This document shows positions 51,537-64,000 of a DNA stretch of 64,000 nt, in pieces. Numbering within the stretch: position 1 is the first letter of the stretch; each line of letters starts with the position of its first letter. This DNA comes from Octopus vulgaris (taxonomy: Eukaryota): positions 91,078,001 to 91,142,000 of the forward strand of contig OX597822.1 of assembly GCA_951406725.2 (NCBI GenBank), given 5' to 3'. The position numbers and the translations under genes are program-made. The notes under the pieces were generated by a model. That model ran no database searches and was not told the DNA's origin. It saw only the letters and a program-made list of their open reading frames with translations.

Positions 51537-54500
51537 AAAGGGTTTTGTTTTGTTTTGTTGACCAGGAGTTAAACAGAAAAATTAAAGAAATAATTTTTTT
51601 TACGGAAAAAGTTTCAGTGTTGATATACTATCGACGAAAAATCGTCCCCTCTTTTTCGGCCTTGCCTCTTAATCAATGTCATGCGGGAACATTGTGTGGG
51701 TGAATGATATAGTCTACTAATACCAAAAGATAGGCATTAATATTAGTTAAAATGCATGGCCAATTCGACAGCTTTTTAATAAACCAAAGTGAAAGTCAAA
51801 TTTTGTTACTTGACATCCATACACTAAAAAGTATGCGTTACCTTCAATTATAATTCCATGTACCTGTACACGTTACATAATAGGAATCGGTCTCGGACTT
51901 GAATCGTACTTAGTCGACTCTAAAAGTATGAAATGTAAAGTTGACCTCAGTAGGATTTGAACTCAAAACTAAAACGGTCATAACTAAATACACCTTGGAC
52001 ATTTTCCAATCCATCATACACACAAACACACACAGCTTTGAAAACGCTCGTACGCATATGGGTAGGAGAAGTCTCTTTTGCGTGCTTGCATGTTTGTGTA
52101 CATGAAATATCATGAGGGAAAAGTATAATAGTAGTATCAAAATAAAATTCTATAACCAGTAAATTTTTATTTTATTTTAATAAACTTCACTAAGCATCCG
52201 GTTTAAATAACCTTTAAAAATTGCGCATACATTCAGAAATGCTTATCCAACCGATTTTGTTTCTTCATAACTTTCAGAAAAATGGGCTTTTTTTCTTTTT
52301 TAATGAATTTTCTATAAATACATTTCAATCAGAATCTGATGTAAAAAATGTTTTTGGAGCGAGGGAACTTTCAGAGAATTCATACGAGTTGACTTCATTT
52401 CCTCGTACCTTTCTTAAAAGGTGGTATTTTTTAATGGAATTTTCTATAATACCTTTCAGCTGGCGTTGATTACAATTATATCGGAATTTAATGTTAAAAA
52501 AATTGATGAACACAAACACAATTTTTTTTTCAAAATTTCAAGTTTCATTTTGTAGATATCTGATCAGTAAGTATGCGCGCGTGCTCACTTTCTTTTCTTT
52601 TTATCTTTTTTTTTTTACCTTTCATTAAATTTCGATATAATCTACACTATCTGAAAGGTATTTGTAGAAAATTTCGTTACAAAATATCCACTTTTCAGAG
52701 TTATGAGAATAAGTCGGAAGTGGGGCCCACTTGTGTAGGTATGCCAAAACTTCAAACAAAAACGATATGAAAATTAATAGCAATTCAACAAGACCAACAA
52801 ATCAGCTATTACAATGAGTTCTCAAAAGCATTTCATTCCACAGTCGATATCAATTAAATTCGTTTATGTTTCATTTCCCAGTCCAGTATTTGTGGTATTT
52901 TGTCTTAACAACGAAATCAATGCATATTTACATATTCCAAGCTAGGCGAACTTTTTAGAATAGATTCTCTCTTCACTTTTGCTACTCATTCATGAATTAA
53001 AGTTTCTTTTTTATATATAAATTCACACACTAACACATTCAACTGTCGATGCATGCGTAACGAAAAAATACTGAAAAGTTACAATTGACAAAATAAAAAT
53101 CTATTGATACGTTATATTAATGAGATAATTACCTGGCCTTTTTTTAATAACTCAGTGTTTGCTTATAGTTTTTTTTTTCTCATAAAACCGATGGTATAAA
53201 CTATAGAAGAGCACAAACAAAACTAACGCAAAAATTATGAGTTCTGGGGCATACCTCAAGATTGTTTATTTGTGACGTAGATAACAAAAGTAGAAGCATT
53301 CTAGTGAGACATTGGCTAATACATATATAGATACGCATCCAAATTCCGACGCAGTTTTCTGTTAGTATACACCTGTAAACATGGTACAGACTTGAGCGAT
53401 CCTTCAGTTTCTTCTTACTCTCTGATATCGCTGGGCAAGCGTACGTGTATAGGTGAGTGAACAAAGAAGAATCTTTGCAAAGATACTGGTGTTTTCACTC
53501 CACAAGTAATATAATATCTAAAACTCCTTGTCTAAGAGAATGATACAAAAAAATTCTTTTTGCTTGCTTTGGCATTTCAACAAAATAAAGTTGTCTTATT
53601 TTTGTTATTAAACTTGATTTCTCTCCGTAAGGGTATGCTAACTATCTAAAGGAATTTTTTTTTATTGTCCATGTTTTAAATTTATTGAACTATTCTACAA
53701 CTTAATTTCATAAATATTTCATATTAAAATCCAAATCCAAAACCGAAGAAAACACAATCATGAGCGGAAGAAAAAACATCAATTCAACATTAAATACATC
53801 AGCTCTATAACCTTCGTTAGCAGATTATTTCTCTGTGCGCAACCAGAGACTAGTAAATATGGATAGATAGGACTGAAACTTCTTTTCTAGCCTCGTGTGT
53901 ATTGTTTTGTTTGTGTTTTTAAGATTGTTCGAGCTTCGCATATAAATAGATGTACTTTACCCTCAATATGTTAGGCATAATACAATAATACGTATGTTAA
54001 GTGACTCTGAGAATAATACCGTTTTACTTATTTTTATATATATATATATAAGTGAATAGTATATGTGACCTCAGTCTAAAGAATGGTTGAACAGTTGAAA
54101 AGAAGCCAACATAGAACTACATAGTCGCTTGGCCCCTTAATTGTAATAACCAAATTTCTTAAATTCAGTATCATCTATATAATAGATTATTTAAACCTGA
54201 GGACTATATTACCTGATATGATGGTTAAAACTAGGAACAATATTTCGTCCAAACATGTACATGGTACATGGCCATAATTATCCAGGAGATGCCTGTCAAG
54301 GAGACTGAGACAAACTGTCCAAATATGATAATCAAAGAATGGCACAACTCACACAACACATTCTACACAACACCTGTAGTAGAATATTCAGCTATCACCC
54401 AATGTCATGATTTGCTGGAATGTTGCCCATATGATCAGCTAATCTGACCAATTGTGACTTTGCCTGGAAAGAATATTGCCCATGTGATCAGCAAAATCTG

Positions 54501-54625
54501 GCAAGTCACGGCTTCATGTGGAATAGGCTTCAGTGACCAATATCAACTTTTGGCATGTTCCTTTCTGAGTCCATTGATAGACCTAAAAATCCACACATGC
54601 AACTACCACCCAGAGAGCTTTAGGA

Positions 54626-56910
54626 TGTAGCTGAGATGACAAGGCAGATGGATAGTGTGCGGATGAGCCGGAAGAAGAGGGTTATGACATCAATGGTCAA
54701 GGGACTGACCAGAAGAGGAAGTGCAAGAGTGGTGAGGGTCGGCCTGTTCTTGCTTGCCAGAGGCATCATGAACAGACATCAGGGTATTCACTCCTGAGTT
54801 GGTCAGATAGCAGCTGCTTATACTGGGTGACAGGAGTAGGGTAGGATCACCAGAGAGATTACTGCTAGACAGGCAAAGACGAGAGAGGAAGGTAGGTGAA
54901 CCTCTTTTCATTTCCCACACACAAGCTATTTCAGTAATCATATACAGACGTTGTCCCCTTAATATACAATGGCAGTGAAGACAAGGATCAGCAGTGATGT
55001 CATCAGACCTTTCTATGGCAAAGGAGACGTAGTAACCTGAATTTGAAAGGTCGAAGTTGTGACCAGGCTACATGGCATCGACGATGTAGCAAGCCTCATT
55101 TGGAAGGGAGTGTGCTGGCACTGTTCCTCGAAATGGATGAAGATCAACTGAGTGTGGCAAAGATCAAGCAGCACTTGAGAGAGGCTTACACAGAGGGAGA
55201 GTACACTGCTTTTGCTAAGCTGGGAATGGTCAGGTGGACAGAAGAACAGGTTGACGAATATGCTGCAGAGGTACAGAGGCTGGCTATGCTGTCTGGTTTT
55301 ATCAGAGGGAGGCTGGAGAAGGCAGCATGACTGGCTTTTGTGAATGGCTTTCCCAACAATGTGTCGGTGCAGTTGCAACAATTGCCAGGCAGTAACAAAA
55401 TGGCAATGAGCGAGCTCATCATTCAAGCCCGCATGTTGATACAAAACTCTGAGCAGAAGGCAGTGGTGATGGCGACTGCAGAAGCCCGGTGAAAGACAAA
55501 AAGAGGCCTGCTGTGGAATGACAGCGGCCTTTCACAGGCTGGTGTTTTAAGTGCCAGGGACAGCACATGGCAAGGGACTGTGCAGAGCCCAGACCAATTT
55601 GCTACTGGTGCAAACAGACTGGGCATATCGTCCAAAATTGTGACCTGGAAAAAGGCCACGGGGAAGTTGTTGCCTTGCAAACTTCCCCTGCAAATGAGTA
55701 GAGGTGATGATGAAGTTGCTGCCCATAGTTGAGGTCATGGTCAGGGAAAACACATTCAAGGCCCTCGTAGAGACAGGCTGCATGATGACTCACGTGACCC
55801 CAAAGGTGACAAAAAAATGGAAGGGGATGAGTAGTGTTCAGGCGGTTGATGGCAGAAAATCAAATGAAAGGGTAGCAGCGATGTGGAGATAGTGGTGCGA
55901 GGCACAATCCCATCTACCACATGGCTGTGATCAGCCATGTGGTAGATGAGATTGACATGGTAATGGGGATGGATGCAATCAACTGCCTTGGAGGGGTCAG
56001 TGTGGAGGAGATGTGGTTTTGTTTGGTGCTGTGGGGGTGTTGTGCGCTATGAGTCAGGAATGTGAGCGGGGGCAGAGCTCTGTGAGGAGCTGCACGGCCT
56101 ACACCATTGAAGACAAAGATTTTCAGGTGGCGTTCAATGGCTAGTGGTGAATGAAAGAGTGGCGCTGGAAAGAGGAACCCCTGACACTAAAGAACAGGGT
56201 GAGCTGCTACCAGCATACCCTGAAAGGACACGTTAGGAGCAAGTTTGAAGAAGAGGTAGAGAAGTGGATTAAGGAAGGTATCCTTATCTTGAGGAAGGAG
56301 GAGGTGGTGAGCAGAGTGCAAAGTCAAACCGGTACTGGACTTTTGGGAGATGATTGGCCATGTACCATGCCACACAAGTGGTGAGGTAACTGATGCCTTT
56401 GATGAGATGCTGCGCATATGGAGACAGTCAACTAAGGTAGCGACAATCATCGACTTGAAATCAGTATATTCGCAGCTCCATGTGAACGACAAACTAGCAG
56501 TACCAGCTGGTGCGATATAAGAGCCAGACATATTATCTGACAAGGTTGGGTTTCGGGCTGAATTCTGCACTGAAAACCATGGTAGCAATGCTCAAATTCA
56601 TCCTGGGAAAGGTGGATAGGATAAGAAGGGCCACCAATTCCTATATAGATGACATCTTAGTGGATGAGACAAGTGCCTGCCTCAGAGGTTGTGAGACATC
56701 TGAAGGAATTCAGGCTGATTGCAAAGTCACCAGAGTTAATGGCTGGAGGAGCTGCACTGGGGCTTAAGCTTCAGAGAGACAGAACAGGTGTTGATGTTTC
56801 GTAGGGTGAATGAGATCCTGAAGCAGGGTACCAATGTCAGTAGGAGAGGACTCTTCTTGATGTGCAGGAAATTAGTGTGTCACTAGACGATTGCGGGGTG
56901 GCTTCCTCCT
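54626..56910 (+). mobile_element. 3'-truncated Ty3/gypsy element, related to 37732-41677
   Basis: Putative 5' LTR ~54626-54923. gag from ATG 54969 (RPFYGKGDVV, two Cys/His knuckles), protease ALVETG, RT RLGFGLNSA...YIDD. Ends where a LINE fragment begins. Confidence 0.88.
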
Positions 56911-56924
56911 GTTGGTCAGATAAT

Positions 56925-58470
56925 TTCTGTTCGTTTTTTGTGTTTTTGGTTTCCCTGTGTCTTGGTGTGATTCTTGCAGCTTTTAATAAACTTTCTTCAC
57001 TATTACCTACATAACTAACTCCATGCAGTCTTCTGCTGATATTGACCCTCTTCCACCTTCCTTTCTAAGCAGGTATAATCTTGCTACTCCTACCTTTGGG
57101 CGGAAACCTCCATTTGTATTGAATTCCTTCCTAGTTTTTGTCTAGCTTTGCTAATTCAGTTTTTATCCAATCTACAAAAGCTGCCAAGTATCTAAATAAT
57201 GATAGTGCCCAAGTATTTACAACCTTCACTAGATTCTGGCCATCTGGTAATTGGATGCCTTCGCTGTTGACTACCTGTCCCCTTCTCATGAATTATATTG
57301 CATACTTATCTATGTCAAATTCCATGCTTACATCTTTGCTGAAGAGTCTTACATCTGTATTAAAGAATCTCTTTTCATTCTTACTAAAAAGCTTCAGATC
57401 ATCCATGTAGAGCAAATGGTTAATTTTTCCCTTACTATTTCTGAACTGATGCCCTGCTTTTGCCTTCCTTAATACTAAACTTAGGAGGATCAAACATAAG
57501 ATAAGTATTAATGGGGACGAGTCCCCCTGGAAAATTCTTCTTTTGTTATTAACTTTCCCTAAAAGTGTATTACCTGAGTAGAGATCTACTTTCTGTTTCT
57601 TTATGCTACAGCTAATTAATTCTCTTATGTTATCTGCTATAATGAATATACTCAAACTTTCATTTATCCATGAGTGTTGGATCATGTCATAGGCTTTCCT
57701 ATAATCTATTCATGCTATTGTTAGATTTTTCTTTCTAGCTTTTACTTCATTTAGAACTGCTTTATCTATGTATAATAGATCATGCGTTCCTCTAGTCTTA
57801 CTGTTCTTCTGGCAGTAAATTCTGGTTGTCAAGGTGCTTGTAAATGCTTTCTGAAAGTATTCCTGTTAACAGCTTCCACACTAATGGTTAGCAAGTGATT
57901 GGTCTATAGTTGCTAGCTGTATTACCCTTGCTCTTATCTTTTATGATAAGTATTTTCCTCCCTCTAGTCATCCAATCTGGTATTATTCCTCTATTAAGGC
58001 AATCTTGAAGTTGTTCCCTGTTTCCCATGTAAACTACTAAATTTCTTTAGCCAGTACCCTCAAACTAAATCTGGTCCTGGGCCCTTCCAATTTGGCATTT
58101 TTCCTAACACTTTACTCATTAATGCAACTAGTTAATCTTAGATCTGACTGCTTCTCACTTTCTTTAACCATACAGCATCTCCATTATGACTGACAGATTT
58201 ATCCCAAATATTACTCCAGAACTTTCTAGCTTCTTATGCATTAGGTTTCTCATCTTCAGTACTTTGTTCTCCACTATTTATTTGGTTATAAAATCTCCTC
58301 TGGTCTGTCTCAAATAATCTATTCTGTTGATACTGATCCATTCTTTTCTGGTATCTGGAGAGCTTGCCTGCTACTGCTATGATACACTGTTTCAACTCTT
58401 TGATTACTGTCCCAAATCTTTTTACTTTGACGAAATATCTTTACTCAAGGGAAGGTTTGCATCTTGTGTT
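56925..58470 (-). mobile_element. Non-LTR retrotransposon RT fragment (R4/Dong-like)
   Basis: PNWKGPGPD, NYRPITC, DYRKAYDMIQHSWI, IFQGDSSPL and HLLYMDDLKLFSKNE motifs with stops and frameshifts. Clade assignment is from motif memory. Confidence 0.8.
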
Positions 58471-58479
58471 TCCTAACTT

Positions 58480-59050
58480 ATTTTTTCCCAAAAAATTTTT
58501 GAAAAAATAATTTGAAAATTTTCCTCAAAAATTTTTGAAAAATTCCTCAAAAATGTTTGAAAATTTTTCCCAAAAATTTTTGAAAATTTTCCCCTCAAAT
58601 TTTTGAAAATTTTCCCCCAAATTTAAAAAAATTTATCCTAAAAATGTTTTGAAAATTTTCCTCAAAACTTTTTGAAAATTTTCTCCAAAAATTTGAGTTT
58701 TGAAAATTTTCCCCAAAAATTATTGATAATTTTCCTCAAATATTTTTGAAAAATTTCCCCCAAAATTTGAAAAATTGAAAAATTGCTGGCGATCTCCAGC
58801 AACTTCCGTCAATCTTTTTTTGAAAAATTTTTCAAAGTTTTTGCCTAAAATATTTGATAATTTTCCCCAAAAATTTTTGAAAAAATAATTTGAAAGTTTT
58901 CCTCAAAAATTTTTGAAAATTTATCCTAAAAATTTTTCCCAAAAATTTCTGAAAAAGTTTTTGAAAATTTTCCTCACGAATTTTTGAGAATTTTCCCCAA
59001 AAATTTCTAAAAAATTTTTTGAAAATTTTCCTCAAAAATATTTGAAAATT
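58480..59050. repeat. AT-rich ~22-bp minisatellite
   Basis: Recurrent AAAATTTTTGAAAATTTTCC(C/T)C, with one ~35-bp unique interruption near 58783-58815. Confidence 0.85.
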
Positions 59051-59419
59051 ATTTCACTGGAGTATAAGTGATACTAAAAAAAAAAGGAAAATTGAACTTA
59101 CAAATTTCCTGATAAGCAAGTGGTCATATAAATTATATCCTACAACAAACTACAGTACATTTGATTCACCTGCCATCATTGAAAGACATTCCTGTGCAAT
59201 ATTTTCTATAAGTATTTCATCGTGTCCACCTTCTCTTTCATATGAATTGACCCTCGTCTGCATGTAGACGTGTGGGTATAGACAGACATACATACATAGA
59301 TATGTGACTGTGTGTGTGTGTACAGTGATAGATTTGAGGGTTTAGTTTATTTATGAGTTGATTTCTTAATTTCACTGTTCTTAGGTTTCTAATCCTCTTT
59401 TAGTCAAACACTTTCAAAG

Positions 59420-60515
59420 CTTAATTCAGTTCAATTAAAAAGCATGGGTAGGCAACACATTGAAAGCCACACTATAATTTGCAAAAAATTTATCTGTGCG
59501 CAGGGTATGCATTGCCTTTCCAAAGCCATTGTTTTTACTTTTGTTGTCAGTCTTTCCCTTCTTATTGATGATCTGATGCCAGAATTCATCACTGAAATCC
59601 AGATCATCAACAATAGCCCCAGCAGGTTGAAGCATACCATTGCAAGGGAGAAAAGTGTGGCTGAAAAGCTCATCAGGCTGGTGGTAGATGAGGACATTTG
59701 TTCCTTTTCATACAAGATGAGGAAGGGATAATTTCTGATCAAGGTGAAGCATGAAAAATGGCTCAAGCACACCAAGACGCAGATCAACAAGTTGAAACAC
59801 CTGCTGTGGTTCTTCTCCAAGAAGAATAATTTCTGCCAAAACCAGAAGATCAACTTCTAGAACAACACGTGGCTCGCTGTCTCACCCAAGGACATGCCCA
59901 GAGTCATGCAGACAAAATTTTCAATGACAATCATGGCCTTTGGTGTTGTCAGCAATAAAGGTAATGTCATGCCACCCCACATATTCCCTGAGAGCCTCAG
60001 GTTGAATACTGATGGCTTCATCTGTGTTCTGAGTAAGGTGAAGCCCTAGCTCTACTGGTTAGCTGCAGGGAGGCTGTACATGCAGCAACAAGACTGTGCT
60101 TTGCCACACCAGCCAGAAAATCCAAATCTGGCGGTTGGAGAATTTCTTTGATCACACAACACCTGACATTTGGCCTCCCAACTTGCTTGATTGCAATCCC
60201 CTTAATGTCTTTGTGTGGGACACGGTGGAACAAGAGACCAACAAATCCAGCAGCAATATGAAGGGGATAAGCTGAGGGCCAAGATTACCAGGAATTTCAG
60301 GGGTCTAAAACGGGAAATAGTGATGAAGGCCTGTGGCAAGTTCCAAGGATGCTTGGAGGCTGTCATCAAGGCCAAAAGTGGGTTCATCAAGTGAGACCAA
60401 CAGAACATGTTGTGAAGACAAAGTGACCTGAATGTGACAAGTATATCTGAAAAAATAAGAACACTCATTTTTTCCTGAGTTAGTCATCATGTGAATGAAT
60501 ACCATCCACACCCTG
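59420..60515 (+). mobile_element. Tc1/mariner transposase pseudogene
   Basis: WPPNLLDCNPLNVFVWDTVE. 3' end CACCCTG|TA as in 43282-44585. 5' boundary uncertain. Confidence 0.8.
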
Positions 60516-62571
60516 TAACATATACAAGCAATCTAACAACAAACAGAAATAATATAATGTACGTTAGAGAACGCATTTTTATGAGAATAAACTTTAAACA
60601 TTTTTTAAAATTGTCTTAAATAGAAAATGTAAAAAAAATGTATAATATTTATTTTAAAAAATATAAGTCAGAACATGTATGAAAGGAATCAAGTTAACAG
60701 AAATCAGAAATAAATAGGATCGATTCAACAAATGTGTGTAAATATCAGTTTAAGTGAGAAAGACATGCATGTTGAATTACTGTAGAGAACAGTGATATCA
60801 ACAAATCTAGACTTTTTCAATCATAAATCAGTTCTGTGTGTCACAATTTTCTTCTCTTAGACTGGATCAAAATCAGTTATATTTCCAGAGTTACATTTCT
60901 ATGCACTCAAACACCGTCTTTTGATGCCTGAAATTAAAATTTTTAAATATTAATTATAATTTCTTTGTATTAAATATTTAGTATTAATGTAATCTACTTT
61001 CCCATGCTTGCACGAGTCAGAAAATTTGTTGATACAAGTTTACTACAGCTGGATGCCCTTTCTATCACCAACCTTCACATCTTTCCATGTAAGGTAATAA
61101 TCTCCCCATGACTGGACATGCTTCAATGCAAAACTGGAAATGAAGGACACCACTTGTATGAAGGTGGCTCTTGTTTACAACTATTATGCAATGTTAAAAC
61201 AAGGAAACACAAACACAGACCCTTTTATTTTTAATTAAGTCAGTATTGGGCTTCTCAAGAGTTTCACTTAAACAAAATTGTAATCTTAATAATCTCTATG
61301 GTACTGGGTATTCATTCTTCTGACAGTCAACATTGTGTGTGCCTGTATATAGGTTCAGTCTCATTGCACAACACCTTAAGCAAGTGTCTCCTACTATAGG
61401 CCAGGTTGACAAAATCTTTGAGTGGATTTGATAGATGGAAACTGAAAGAAGCCAACCATGTGTGTATGTGTGTGTACCCTAGACCATCACTTGATGGTTG
61501 TAAATGAGTACCATCATCATACAAGGAGAGTTGATTGTTTCCAGTCTTCCAAGAAAAATATGTCCATTATGGGAAAATATTACCTTGCTTGGAAACAAGT
61601 GAAAGTTGGTGACAAGAAGGCCATCCAGCCATTAAAAATCTGCCTCAACAAATTGTCTGACCTATGCAAGCATAGAAAAAAGGGAATTAAATGACAATTA
61701 CATAGGCACATAAATGGCCCTTTGATTAAGAAGCTTGTTTCCCAACTACTAGGTTTCTGGTTCTTTTCCACTGTGTGGCACTTTACACTTGTTCAGTCAA
61801 CATCGACTTGATGGAGAGAGTGTGCTAATGTACAGCACACACACATTTGATCACTATAAACAAATCCTTTGTGCAGGTCATTCAGCAAAAACTGAACACT
61901 CATGTCATCTTGTATAAATGTTTTTAATGGCAATGCAATTAACTCACTGACTGTATTAAACAGGTGAAGGTAAAGAAATATTTTTACTGTAAATTTATAA
62001 TACAAATAAGAAAATGGAGAAACAAGTTTAGTTTGTTCATCAACTTTCGGATATTAGAATTTTGGATTATTTATTCATTCAACAAAATGGAGAAACAAGT
62101 TTAGATTAATTAATCGTAATGTATGCATACATACACACATACCTATGTATACGTAAACAAATATACATACATCCGTTGAAATATATACAAACGTATATAC
62201 CAACTCATATATACACAAACATGCATGCACCCACATACTCTCACAGAACGTCACAGTACACACATACAGTCCTACCTACAATCCACATACACGTACACAT
62301 GGACACATCCAAACATACATACACACATATGCATACATTCTTACATCAACATATACAAACACCTACAGAATCAAATCTATAAGTAGGTTTAGGTCTAAAA
62401 TTAAACAAATAAACTATTTATGAGTTAAATAATTATATACCCAACATTTTTATTAAATGAGTAAACAAAATGAAAACATATCCATGTCCACATGCATACT
62501 CGTATAGATGCAATATTCTCTATATGTACCACTATTCGACAAATACACACCCATACATATCCACACATATA

Positions 62572-62972
62572 GGCGCAGGAGTAGCTGTGTGGTAAGTAGC
62601 TTGCTAACCAACCACATGGTTCCGGGTTCAGTCCCACTGCATGGCACCTTGGGCAAGTGTCTTCTACTATAGCCTCGGGCCGATCAAAGCCTTGTGAGTG
62701 GATTTGGTAGACGGAAACTGAAAGAAGCCCGTCGTATATATGCATATATATATGCGTGTGTGTTTGTGTGTCTGTGTTTGTCCCCCTAGCATTACTTGAC
62801 AACCGATGCTGGTGCGTTTATGTGCCCGTTACTTAGCGTTTCGGCAAAAGAGACCGATAAAATAAGTACTGGGCTTACAAAAGAATAGGTCCCGGGGTCG
62901 ATTTGCTCGACTAAAGGCGGTGCTCCAGCATGGCCGTAGTCAAATGACTGAAACATGTAAAAGAGTAAAAGA
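62572..62972 (+). mobile_element. SINE family A, full length
   Basis: Matches the other family A copies. Confidence 0.88.
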
Positions 62973-63472
62973 ATATACACCCATATGCACATGCATAAAC
63001 TAGTACCTACATATATTATAATATATTCTCCCACATATTATTATAAATATATACACATTCTCTAAGAGCCCTTATATACATAAATTTACATACAAATATA
63101 CATATGCAGATACATATTTACATATCATCCCACCCATACACATACACACATTCACATATACATATATCCATATGTATGGCACGTAAAAAGCACCCACTAC
63201 ACTCTTGGAGTGGTTGGCGTTAGGAAGGGCATCCAGCTGTAGAAACTCTGCCAGATCAAGACTGTTTACAAGATAAAAGTAAATGTAAATTTCATCTTTA
63301 ATTTTTTTTTTTTTTTAAAGTAACAAAAAATAGAGAGGAAGGAAAGCAAATCAGCAACTATTACTCTCCAGAAAAACCAGCAAAGTAAATACGATGCCCC
63401 ATAGAAGAGTCATACAACTAATTACCTCAACAACTATTTTGATAGCAGTTTAACTATTATACCAATATATTA

Positions 63473-64000
63473 CTCTTTTACTTTTACTTGTTTCAGTCAT
63501 TTGACTGCGGCCATGCTGGAGCACCGCCTTTAATCGAGCAACTCGAGCCCGGGACTTATCCTATCGGTCTCTTTTGCCGAAACGCTAAGTAACGGGGACA
63601 TAAACGCACCAGCATCGGTTGTCAAGCAATGCTTGGGGGACAAACACAGACACACACATATATATATATATATATATACACATTCTTTCAGTTTCCGTCT
63701 ATCCATATATATCTTTTATTTTATATCATTTGACTGCGGCCATGCTGGATAGCCGGGACTATATTCTATCGGTCTAACCGCTAAGTAACGGGGACATAAA
63801 CACACCAGCATCGGTTGTCAAGCAATGCTAGGGGGACAAACACAGACACACACACATCGGGCTTCCTTCAGTTTCCATCTACCAAATCCACTCGCAAGGC
63901 TTTGGTCGGCCCGAGGCTATAGTAGAAGACATTTGCCCAAGGTGCCACGCAGTGGGACTGAACCCGGAACCATGTGGTTGGTAAACAAGCTACTTACCAC
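63473..64000 (-). mobile_element. Two tandem, partly deleted SINE family A copies
   Basis: TCATTTGACTGCGGCCATGCTGGA occurs twice (~63498, ~63726); runs off the window end. Confidence 0.8.

Overview
Eukaryotic, AT-rich, repeat-dense animal DNA. The SINE and microsatellite landscape looks like an Octopus (cephalopod) genome (inference). Two host genes could be reconstructed by hand. (1) The last two coding exons of ribosomal protein RPL37A (+, 3138-3867). (2) A complete, convergent 8-exon reticulophagy receptor gene of the RETREG/FAM134 family (-, 37172-7615): 1350 nt, 449 aa, all introns GT-AG and phase-consistent, with a C-terminal LIR DDFEFL. The rest is mobile DNA: a full-length Ty3/gypsy element with 5-bp TSD just upstream of RETREG, a second truncated gypsy, RTE, CR1, R4/Dong-like and Penelope-like fragments, Tc1/mariner relics, Merlin-like and piggyBac-like MITEs, four short-retroposon families, an ~83-bp satellite and an AT-rich minisatellite. 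Most listed ORFs are spurious. The most unusual signal is a set of type-I hammerhead ribozyme motifs, mostly inside palindromic or inverted-repeat mini-elements in RETREG introns. One has a compensatory U3-A8 core variant (33285-33325, -) and one is a head-to-head double hammerhead (34677-34803). Both intact-looking motifs are sense to the RETREG pre-mRNA. All calls were made by eye with no database searches, so repeat boundaries are approximate unless a TSD is quoted.
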